Shown piece by piece: positions 37,401 through 49,400 of a stretch of 64,000 nt of DNA. A model generated the notes under the pieces. The model had not been told where the DNA came from. It saw nothing but the letters and a program-made list of their open reading frames with translations, and searched no databases. The DNA comes from Harriotta raleighana (taxonomy: Eukaryota), in NCBI GenBank assembly GCA_050575255.1, contig JBNZDD010013577.1, positions 88,228 to 152,227 of the forward strand, written 5' to 3'. The stretch's first letter is position 1. The number at the start of each line of letters is the position of its first letter. The position numbers were made by a program, and so were the translations under genes.

Positions 37401-40400
37401 CTCAATATGAAAATCCCCAAATTGCTGCAAATATATTTATACCATGGACCTTAGAAAAAAGAAATTTTCATAGGGCCTTATCATACTGAAACATCTCAAA
37501 ACACATTACAGGAATTGATGTCAAGTGTTGCTACCTGCTTTGGGGGACAAACATGGCAGTCATTTTGCAAAGCAAGTTCCCATAAACCCCTATTAGTTGA
37601 ATGACCAAGACATCTAAGGTTTGTTGGACGACACAAGAGGAAATTCTCTTTATCTGTCATGGGATATTTAGAATCCATTCGAAAACTGGCAGGCAGGTTT
37701 AATGGATTTAATGGGTTTAATGTCTCTTTCAAAGAACTGCAACTCTTGCAATGCAATGCTTAGTTAGCAATGCAGTAGAGTGTCAGCTTCAACTGATCTT
37801 AAATCTGACATGGGGTGTGAAACCACAATTTTATGGTCCACAGGTAAATGTTCTAAGCAAAACTGCCGCCCTTATCATCAAAGTACATGTTGGCCGTCAG
37901 TGATACAGTGTTACAATACGCATCCTGTTGAGGTACTCAGATGAGACGGTTTGTTTTACGTGCCCTTCACATTATATGAAAGAGGAAATGATTGCAATAA
38001 CATCCTTTGTCTGTCTTAACTTACCACAACCTGCAGTAAAGATTTCACACAGCTTCTCGGTTACATTAACACAATTGGCTTTTCAAACTTTAAGTACATT
38101 TGACAGTTAACTGGTGGCTAATTCAGTTTTTTTGCTCTGGTGTGATGAAAAGAAGTGTATCAGTCTTTTAGAGTCAAGTCATTAACATTTTCAACTGATT
38201 CCATACCATTCAGTCTGAGTGCAGTGCACTGTATACAATTATATCCATATATGGATTACAAATATTTGACAGATCTCAAATCTGTCTGTTCATTTACTGG
38301 TTTTGGTCTCCAGAACTGAATCAAACATCATATTGGTATGACTTTTGACCAACTTGAGTTGGACCATTTGAACTCAAGAAAGTTTCTTACTGTATCTCCT
38401 CTAGTCAGGTATTTTCCTTTCAAAGCAGATTTGCATACTAATATAGGGTTCACAAAAATAGTTTGGATAAACAAGGCCTTTTGACCATTTGGTCTCATCC
38501 TTCAAAAATATACAAAGACTTTTAAGGCATTAATTTGTTTCTCAAATTAGTCCACTGTCCTGTATAAGTCCCGGGCTGGTTAGGTACAAATTCCGGAGTC
38601 CGGCAGGCATTGGGATAATAATAATAATCCTTCCATTTGGTGTAGCGCTTTTCACGTCTTCTAGACATCTCAAAGCGCTTCACAGAACATACAGTAAAGT
38701 GAATTGACTGTATATTTGTAGACAAAATGAGGCAGCTAATTACATGCAGCAGTGTCCCACAAACAGTTATGAATTGAAATGACCTTTTTTTTCAGGATTA
38801 TTAGGCATATAATATATATAATATATATTATACATATATAAAATATACTATCAGCTTTTTAAAAATGCTGTCTTTTAAAAAAGAGTGATAGGTATACAAG
38901 GTAAGAAAGTCAGTAATCTAAAACTCAATATTTAATCTGCAATTTAATTAATTATTCCAAAATCTTGAAATGTTGACATTGTGACCAATTTTTAAAAAGT
39001 GGAATGCATTAGAAAGGGTTTACTGTAATCTAAAAACATAACCTGAGCAGAACATTTACTCGATAAATGTGCTGCATCATTACGTTCATGGCAACTCAAT
39101 TATATTTCCCTGCCTATTCTCTATACCCTCATTATCCTTTCTTGCCTTTGGCTGGAATTCTACATATGGCATCAAGTTCAGGAAATAATGTGTAACATTA
39201 CTCACGTCATCACACTGGCTGTTCCTGGGGATGAGGAAGTGTAATGTTCTAGCAGATGTTTTGATAGACAGATTATCTTGTCCCTTTGTTACCTACAGTA
39301 CATGGTTTAGATTAGCATTGTCTGTTTAATAACACTCTAGATTGCTTGCGTTGTATGTATGTTACTCCTGGAAATTAAACGGAAATGAAGTTGTCGTATT
39401 TGCCCATGACTGTGTTTGCTATCACTACGCCATCCTGACGTGAAAGGCACTGTATAACTGCAATTTGTTGTTATAGCACTGAATGTTATAATCTAACTCA
39501 GTTAATTGCACTCTGGTAGCTGCTGGATTCTTGCCTGCCCCCTAAATTTTTCTCAGTTGCAATCTCCGTGAGGTTGTGCCACTGGTTTCCATTTATCTTC
39601 ATTTAGGATTCAACTCATTCCAGACAACCCCCCATTAACTGGTCTAGCCTTCCAGATCCTGCCGATGAGCAGTGCCCTGGAATACAACAAACCCACCTGC
39701 CTTAGCTCCAAATGGACCTTGCTTACCCGCCACCACCAACAACCTGGATGGATTCACAGGAGCGTTTGTTTAATCATTAGCGGGGCGTGTTACATACGAA
39801 TGTGGTCTCTGTCTCTATTGATCATCATTATCCTGTCAGAGCTAAACTCTATAAATGATTCTACAAATGAAACCATCTTTTCAAATCCAGTGCATGGAGT
39901 TTCATCACACTGACTTCACAGCAATGTTTCAGCTTTTAGCACCATCTGCTGTTGGAGAATGACAGTCTGAGAGTTGCTTTCACTTACTTGTATTTTCATC
40001 TTCTGTTCTATTACACATTGGATTTCTTGCTGCATACTGTGTTTCTGGACACACTGACACTTCTCTACCTGATGTCCGGAGACTTGGATAAAACCATAGT
40101 TTTAGTGCAGATTTGGCATGGATTCAACACTGCATTTGGATTTTGCAGCAACAGGGAATCAGTCGTAAGATGTCCAGCGTATTAGCACAACCAGGCATCA
40201 TAATGTGCTTTTCAATGTTTACCTACAAATACTCAATCACACCACTCACAGAAACTTTGTGTAGCACTTTGAGATGATATTCACAGCATATCCTGTGAAG
40301 CACTTTGAGACGTCTAGAAGACTGAAAAACACTATATCAAATGCAATGATTATCATTATTATGTTGAAGCTTTGGGTGCTATAATCAAAGACTTAGAACA

Positions 40401-43400
40401 AATGCCTCATCAACTCTGAGTTAACGGGTCCAGGGAATTATCACAGGCATCTAACAGGTCAACTAAGTGATGTTTCACAACAGGAGTGATCACATTGAGT
40501 TTCTTGTGAAATATTGCAATTTTACACATACTCTATTTTGTGCTCTGAGACAGAATTGGTGGGAGACTTGCAGATCTGAATTCTAGCATGAGAGCACAAA
40601 TGCTTTAAAATTATTTTAAATGCAAAATATAATGGGCTTTTAGTTGCTGCAGTTACGTTTATGAATATCTCTCACCTTTGCCTTTGTTCTCTTGCAGGCC
40701 ATGGCTGTTTCTGATGGAGGTTAGTATTGAAAACCTGTGTGATGTCGATGGAAATGATCTGTGGTAGGATTGAGTGTTGACAGCAGTAATGTTTACATGA
40801 AAAATGGTGAATTTATTGGTTGACTGCTAAATTTAAGAGAACAATAAGCATTATTATTATCTGAAGATATAACCTCAGCCTGTAGTGTACCATTCTGCTG
40901 CACATCTGATTTCCAATAAGATTGGCAGGGGTTTAAATTCATGGGCAACTGGCACCAACATTGGGGAAGACAGGAGCTAATCCAAAGGAATGGGCTCCAC
41001 CTCAATAGGGCTGGGACAAATGTCCTGGCTACGCAAATAAATAGGGAGGTAGAAAGGACTTTAAACTACTAAGGGGGGGGAAGATAAAAACATGGTCAGG
41101 TATAGTCCATCACAGTTAAACTTGGGATCGACCAAAGTGGGAGAGCAGATTAACAAGGGAGAAGAGCAAAGTGTGTCAAGCAGGGAAAGGAAGTGATAAG
41201 GTGCTGGGGAATAGGGCTAATAGCCGGAAGTCAGAATTAAGGGCGCAATATCTGAATGCACGAAGCATTCGAACAAAATAGATGAATTAAATGCGCAAAT
41301 AGAGACAACCGGTGTGATCTAGTAGACATCACTGAGACATGGTTACAGGGTGATCAAGGATGGGAACTAAATATTCCCGGGTACATAGTATAGGAAAGAT
41401 AGGCAATGTGGTAAACAAGGAGGGGGAGGGGCTGGGGGTGGCCCTGCTAATAAAGGATGTGATAAAAACAGTAGAGAGGAAAGATTTTAAATCTGAAAAG
41501 CAAAATGTAGAGTCAGTATGGGTAGAGGTACGTAACTTCAAGGGGCAGAAAACTANNNNNNNNNNNNNNNNNNNNNNNNNNNNNNNNNNNNNNNNNNNNN
41601 NNNNNNNNNNNNNNNNNNNNNNNNNNNNNNNNNNNNNNNNNNNNNNNNNNNNNNNNNNNNNNNNNNNNNNNNNNNNNNNNNNNNNNNNNNNNNNNNNNNN
41701 NNNNNNNNNNNNNNNNNNNNNNNNNNNNNNNNNNNNNNNNNNNNNNNNNNNNNNNNNNNNNNNNNNNNNNNNNNNNNNNNNNNNNNNNNNNNNNNNNNNN
41801 NNNNNNNNNNNNNNNNNNNNNNNNNNNNNNNNNNNNNNNNNNNNNNNNNNNNNNNNNNNNNNNNNNNNNNNNNNNNNNNNNNNNNNNNNNNNNNNNNNNN
41901 NNNNNNNNNNNNNNNNNNNNNNNNNNNNNNNNNNNNNNNNNNNNNNNNNNNNNNNNNNNNNNNNNNNNNNNNNNNNNNNNNNNNNNNNNNNNNNNNNNNN
42001 NNNNNNNNNNNNNNNNNNNNNNNNNNNNNNNNNNNNNNNNNNNNNNNNNNNNNNNNNNNNNNNNNNNNNNNNNNNNNNNNNNNNNNNNNNNNNNNNNNNN
42101 NNNNNNNNNNNNNNNNNNNNNNNNNNNNNNNNNNNNNNGGGGGATCTTATTGAAACATATAAGATTCTTAAAGGGCTGGATAAAGTAGACACTTGAGGGA
42201 CTGTTTCCCCTAGTAGGAGAATCTATAACTGGTCCCAGTCACAGTGATTGGTCACAGTCTTAAAATTAAGGGTCAGCCTTTTAGAATAGAGTTGAGGAAA
42301 CATTTCTTCACTCAGAGGGTAGTGAATTTATGGAATTCACTACCCCAGAAGGCTGTAGATGCTCATTCCTTGAACATTTTCAAGGCTGAGATTGATAGAT
42401 TTTTTAAAAATAGAGGGATTAGGGGATATGGAGATGGTTCAGCTAATTAGAGTTAGGTCATAAGATCAGCCATGATCTTATTGAATGGTGGGACAGGCTT
42501 GAATGGCCTACCTACTCCTGCTCCTATTTCTTATGTTCTTATTCCCTTGACCACTGGCTCAGTTCCCACATCAGAAATCATGTAGTCTAATGTTAGGGGT
42601 GCACTGCATTGTTGGATGTGGTGTCCTTCAGATGAGGACACTAGTTTGCTTGTTCAGGTGTTTGCTAAAGGTACCATAATAATAATTATTATAATCCTTG
42701 CATTTGATATAGTGCTTTTCACATCTTCTAGATGTCTCAAAGCGCTTCACAGAATATACTGTAAAGTGCAATGAGTGTGCATTCTGTGAGTGAAATGTAG
42801 AAGCCAACTGCAAACAACAGTGTCCCACAGACAATAGTGGATTGAATTGACCAATTTTTCTCAAAAAATTTTTGAGGGACTGTTATCATGCTTGTGGAGT
42901 AAGGAAGCTTCCCCAAGGTTTTGCCCTGCCTGGAATTAAACCCAGGTCACTCGCTTGCAAGGCAAGTGCTCTAACCATTGAGCTACAGGACTCCCATGGC
43001 ACCTTGTGAAAACAGTAGGGAGTTTCATTCAAATGTTGAACCCAGCATGCTCACAAGGCTCTACAGATTATTTAGTAGTTATTATTTTGAGTTTCAAACT
43101 TTGCGAGACTGGGCTGACAGTACTAAGGTGGGACAAACAGCTTATGTCAAGGTGTGAACCATGTTTAAAGGTGGTTACAAAACACAGCATGGCAGTATGG
43201 CTTTCCACTTGTCTAGTTTGAATTCAATTTGTCTACTGTGGGTGGGGCTCACACCCATCTAGGGAAGTACCTCTAAGGCTGTGTGGTTTCAGGCTACTAA
43301 AGACTCCTCTTGTTAGCCCCTCACTGCGCTTTGTAGATTCAATATGAGAGCTTGGCCACTGAATTATAACTGTCTTGTCAAACGCTCTGTATAAATTGTG

Positions 43401-46400
43401 TCACTAAAACTAACTTCAAGGCCTGAATTTTTGCTCTCTGATAACTAGAGATGTTGTACTCTTATAATGGTGAGATCACAAAAGAGATTTGGAAGCAGAA
43501 GGCACTTTGACCCATTTGCCTTGTTTAATCTTAATCTTTCAGAATAACTCATATTGTCATTGAGGAATAATGAGCAGTACATAGTAGTTTTTCAGAATGA
43601 TAGTATTTTATTGTTAAAAATAGATTTCTTCGTAAATGACATGTTATGAAAAAACAAATGATCTTCTCTGATGCAAATGGAGATACTGTTTACAACAGCA
43701 ACAGCAAATTGCACAGCGCCTTTCATGTCAGGATGACATCCCAAAGACACTGGACAGTCAAGGATCTGCATCCAATCCCGGTTGGGATCCGACAGGGCGT
43801 GTGGGGGGAGAAGGTGTAGGAAGGTGACCAAAGGCACAGTCAAAGAGGAGAATCATGAAGGAGGCATGTGAATCCTAATCCAAATCCTGAGAAGTTTACC
43901 ACAAGAGTAGAACATTATTTTGCTGCAGTTAGTGTGTTAGGCCCAGCATTTCCTCCTTGCTGAAGAATATTCGCAGGATCTTTTAAATCCAGGTGAACAG
44001 GCAGATGAGACCTCAGTTTATAATAATAATAATCCTTGCATTTGAGATAGCACTTTTCACGTGTCAGAGAGCTTCACAGAATATACCGTAAAGTGAATTG
44101 ACTGTATATTTGTGGGTGAAATAACAATAAAATTACGTTTATAGAGCGCCTTTCACATCGGGAGGACATCCCAAGGCCCCGAACAGGATGGTTTGGAGTA
44201 GGGGCAGGGGGAAGGAGAGTAGGAAAGGGGGGAAAGTTAGGAGGGGAGCAGAAGGCATCATCAAAGAGCAAGGTCTTGAGACTTGGCAGCCAATTGCGCC
44301 CAGCGGTGTCCCACAAATAGTTGTGGATTGAAATGACCAATTTTATCATCTCATCCAAAAAGAACGGCATCTTCAACATTGCAGAGCACTTCCAGCACTG
44401 CATTGGAGTACCAGCTCACACTGAACACAATAGAGACACCTGCAGCTGGCCACTTTCATCGCTGCTCCCAGCAGCCAAATAACCAATGATGGCAATTTTC
44501 CATCCTGCGTGTGTATGAGACAGTTTCTTTGCCCCCAGATAATAATAATGTTATCCTGGCTGTCAGGAATGTTGATATTGAATAGAAACTAGAGATGACA
44601 CCAGCACCAATCTATCAATGCCAATTATTTACTTTATGTAGGGCACCTATGTGTATGTGTACATACATTGACACAGGGTACTTAATGAATCACGCTGAAT
44701 GAAGTGATACTGACTATTACCTGTTTGGGATCAGTCACTTCCGTGTATTATTTATGCGTGGGAGAAAGAGAGAAAGCAGAAGTCATTTGAGAACTCTGAA
44801 AGTCTGCGTGCTGAACATGCTGGCGTACACTTCACTGATCATGTTTAATTTAAGACGTTTAGGATTCTTCAAAGTCCGAGGTAGTTTTACAAAGTCTGGT
44901 GAGTGTCAGTTTGTGTGCTTACTGTAGATTGTAGAAGTCGATAGCTTGGGAATATTATATAATCAATACAATAGAAATTGACAATTATATAGCATCTTTC
45001 ATATTGGAAAGCTGTCACAAGGTGCTGGACGCTCTAAAGTTTGCACCTAAGCAAGGTGAAGGTGGGTTGTGGGTGGGGGGACGGTTAAATGGCTGAAGGT
45101 GCGGTCCAAGAGGAAGATTTTGAGACAAACTTTGAAGCAAGCCGAGGGAAGGCGTTGAGTCAAAGATGGTTCAGGAAGAAGTTCCAGAGGGTGGTGGCAG
45201 ATACCTGGAAAGCTTGACTGCCAATGATGAGGTGGGCAGCATAGGGGCTATGAAGCAGGCTGGTACCCGCTGAGCAGAGGGAGATGCCATATTGGTAGGG
45301 TGTGAGGTGGTTGCAGACATAGGATGAAGCAAGACCATGGCGGGAGTTTAAGGGTAAGACGAGGGTATGGAACTTGAATGCTTTCTATGTTCATTTGGGA
45401 GAACAAATTAAGTTCCGAGCTAATGAGTGCTTGATTATTGATAGCTATGGTTCTTATATATTCAGAAAGTTTTTATAATAATAATCCTTATGTTTGATAT
45501 AGAATCTTATCAAATTGTTTGAATGTTTGAAAGCGCTTCACAGTACTGTACATAATAGTCAACTATTTTACCAAGTTGTCAGCTTGGCTCAGTGGTAGTT
45601 AACTTGTTGTGTTCTGTTGTTGGAGGTGCTGTCCTTCAGATGAGACGATAAACCAAGATCCCACCTGCCTGTTCATGTGTACATTAAAAATCCGAAGATA
45701 CTATTCGAAAAGAGGACGGAGTTTATTCCACTATCCTGGCCAACAATCTCCTAAATAAAATTGGTCACTCAGGTCATGGCTTGTTTGCACAATTGGGCTG
45801 CTGTGTTTGTCTACCATTACAGTCAATCCATTTCACAGTAAATCCTAGAATGTGCTGTGAGTTCCCCTTTAAATGTGATCAGATGCTATATCAAATGCAA
45901 ACATTATTGTTATTATTATCGGTTTAATATCTCATCCAAAGGAAGGGACCACTCAAAATTTAGAGCTTCCCTGGAACTCTATTGGAGTGTAGTTTTAGTC
46001 TATGAATTTAAATTCTGTCGTGGAATCAAATTTTGACAGAAAATTATTCCACTTTATTAGTGTAGGCAAGATTAGAGTTAACAGGTGCCAAGCCTCACTA
46101 TAAGTTCTAGGAGCTCCCAGGTCCATCCCTATCGCATTTAGTGCTATATTGAGACGTCCTCCTGACGTGAAAGACACTATACAAGTGTAATTTTGTTGTT
46201 GTATATAGTGGAATGATTAAAATACCTTTCAGACATCAAATCATTTGTTTAAGTGTTGAATAGTCAGGGAACTGTATTATCTGCTGCTCTTTAGTTGGAT
46301 CCATTTGTATGGTCCATTTAGTGTGGGTGATGGCAGGGAGGGAAGAGGTCATGAGAATAAGAACATCTTGCTATTTCTTCTTGATGCTGATATGGGATAT

Positions 46401-49400
46401 ACTTTACCAGAATCTTTTCCTGTCTCCTTTCATTGTTTACGTGTACACAAGTGAGAATGATATTGGCCTTATCCTTTTTACTTTGTAGCTTCACTCCTTC
46501 TGTTCGCTCAGTTCAAAATTGCAGCATGCACACTACATCAAAATCTGCTTTGACTTTTTGTTTTGACTGGCCAGATGTCTGACACCTGAACAAACCCATC
46601 ACATGTTTACAAGTCTTCAAACGAAACAGAGCTCCCTGCTTGCACACTTGCAAATTCCCATGCAATGGAATGTGTACTCTCTGCCTGGAGGGACTTATGA
46701 CGTTTACCTAATTCCAGAGAGTATTCGACTTGGGTGGGGTCTCAGAGTGTGCGTTGGGGAACTGCTGTAGTTTAACACCAACAAGATTACACTTATAGAG
46801 CGCCTAGGTGCTGAAGGTGCTGAAATTAACCAACTAAAATCGCAAAGCTTGCCATTGTAATCATTGTTGTCCAGCTAGGACTACCCTTCCCATTGGGGCT
46901 TTGGCTGCTTTGACTGTTAGTAGATTGCACAGTTAACCCTCGTCAATTACACAAAAATTTGATGCTTTTGTTTTGTCGCATATACTTGAATTCACAATCG
47001 ATAAAGTTGCGTTCGACGAGAGTTAACCATATTGGAGTAGTGTTCTTGCAGGGTTGGAGTGATGGTAATCTCCAATTATTATCAAGAATGAGTATTTTTA
47101 AATCCTGGACTTCTGGTTGCTATATCTTTTTTAAAATCACATAAGTTGAGTACCGCTGGTTACGTGGAGTATTGATGATAAGATTTAAGATTCAGTTCCT
47201 TCTATCATGCTCGCGTCAGTCCGGACGGTTCCTGTTTGTGGCATGCTATATCACATTCCTGGCCAAAGTGGGGCTTTTGGCTGAAGGAAAGGAAGTAAGG
47301 CTAAAATTTATATTGAAATAAATCAGATGAGTCAAACAAGCCTTCACCCCCGCCTGTTTCCATCTCCACAGCGATCCATTAAAATGATAGTGTCAGATGA
47401 CTCAGGTGACACATGAGCTCACAAGACTAGATTGACAGTGAGGCAGTGGAGGGGGAGGGGGGGGTTGCTGTATTGGCATTGCCATTCTTTAGATGCGACT
47501 TTAAAACTGTCCAATCCAACTGTCTAATACAGTAGAATGTCCAACGTATAGTGATACACCATGAAAATGAAACGTTTGTTTCTGGTGTGTGTGAGAATTC
47601 AGACTGTCTGAGTTTGAACTAAATCAAAACTGACACTCCCAAATAGTGATGAGTATATGTTACATTGTTGAAGCCAGGACTGTTTGTTTACAAGGCGAGT
47701 GCTCTAACCACTGAGCTCCAGACTCATATTGCTGGGGATCGCACATGCCTATTTGATTACATTTTGTATAATTTTTGTGACTAATTAAATCAGCCACGAA
47801 AAATACCAATTATAAGGTAACACAATAGATCAGAAATTAAACCTTCAACAACTACCTTCCCTCTCCTGCTCTGTTTGCCCCCTCTCTAACTAAAAATGAC
47901 AACTTACATTTATTCAGTGCCCTATTTGTGGGGCAGTGTTTTGGAGTGCTTAACAGTGGCGGAGACTGATGCTGAGATGGTGGGGAGGTAGGAAGTGGCT
48001 ATAAGCACAGCCGAAGAGGTTGGCCTTCAGTGGGAGTTAAAAGTGGTGAAGGAGGGAGCAAGTCAAAGGGATTGGGTGAACGAGTTCCAACGCTTTGGCG
48101 TGCAGTGGCTGAAAACTGGCTTTCAGTCCCATTTAAAAATGTTAAGCACGAAGCATATTTCAACATGAAGGGCACTAAAGGGCACTGTTTTTGTACAACA
48201 ACAACAAAATTACATTTATAGAGCAGCGCCTTTCCCATTGGGAGGACGTCCCAAGGCGCTGAACAAGGCGGGATCCGAGCAAGGGAGAGAGACAGGGCAG
48301 AGGGGCGGGAGAGAGTTAGGAAGGGAGAGAGAGATTTGGGAGGGCAGCAGAAGACACAGTCGAAGAGGAGGGTCTTGAGGCCGGCCTTGGAGGAGGCGAC
48401 GGAGGGAGCAAGGCAAAGGGCAAAGGGATGGAGTTCCAGAGTGTGGAAGCAGAGAGGCTGAAAGCCCGTCTGCTAATGGTAGGGAGGGTCGGGCGGGGGA
48501 CATGGAGCAGGCTGTAGCTCTCTGAACAGAGGGGGCGGGGAGGACAGCATAGGAGAACAGCAGGTCGGAAAGGTAGTTCGGGGGCAAGGCCGTGAATGGC
48601 CTTGAAGGTGAAGACGAGGATCTTGAATTTGATCCTTTGGGGGATGGGGAGTCAATGGAGCTGGCGAGGGTGGGAGTGATGTGGTTGCAGAGCTTGGTGC
48701 GTGTGAGGACACGAGCTGCAGAGATCTGAATGATCTGCAGCTTGTGAAGGGAAGAACCAGGAAGGCCGACGAGGAGGGAATTTCCGTAGTTGAGCCTTGA
48801 TGTGATGAATGCATGGACATGGGTTTCAGCAGCCTGAGGGATGAGGCAGTGGCAGAATCTGGCGATGTTGCGAAGGTGGTGGAAGGCAGTACTAGTCCTG
48901 GCGCTGATGTGGGGGAGGATGGACAGTTCAGGGTCGAATGAGACACCCAGGTTGCTGACTAGCATAGAGAGGTGGAGTGTAGCCTTGGATGCTTATAGTG
49001 TCTGCGCCTGAGGTGCGAGCCAATCAGGAGGGCCTCAATCTTGCGGACATTCAGCTGGAGAAAGTTGTTTTTCGTCCAGGACTCAATGTCAGATAGGCAG
49101 GCAATTATGACTCTGGTAATCGTGGGTGGAGGTTGGAAGCGGAAAGGTAGAGTTGGGTGTCATCCACATACATGTGGAAATTTACCTCATGTCTGCGGAT
49201 GATGTCACCGATGGGGAGCATATAGAGTGTGAAGAGATGGGGACCAAGGACAGAACCCTGAGGAACGCCACAGGAAACAGGGCTGGAGGAAAAGCCGTTG
49301 GTGGACACGAAGTGTAGGCAGTGTGAAAGGTAGGACCAGAACCAGGCGAGGACAGAACATTGAAAGTTTAGGTGGGAGGAGAGGTGGTGGAGGCAGTACA

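Noticed and set aside
41329-42196. ORFs of 278-287 aa
   Set aside because: They are mostly Ns; the flanks are CR1 fragments.
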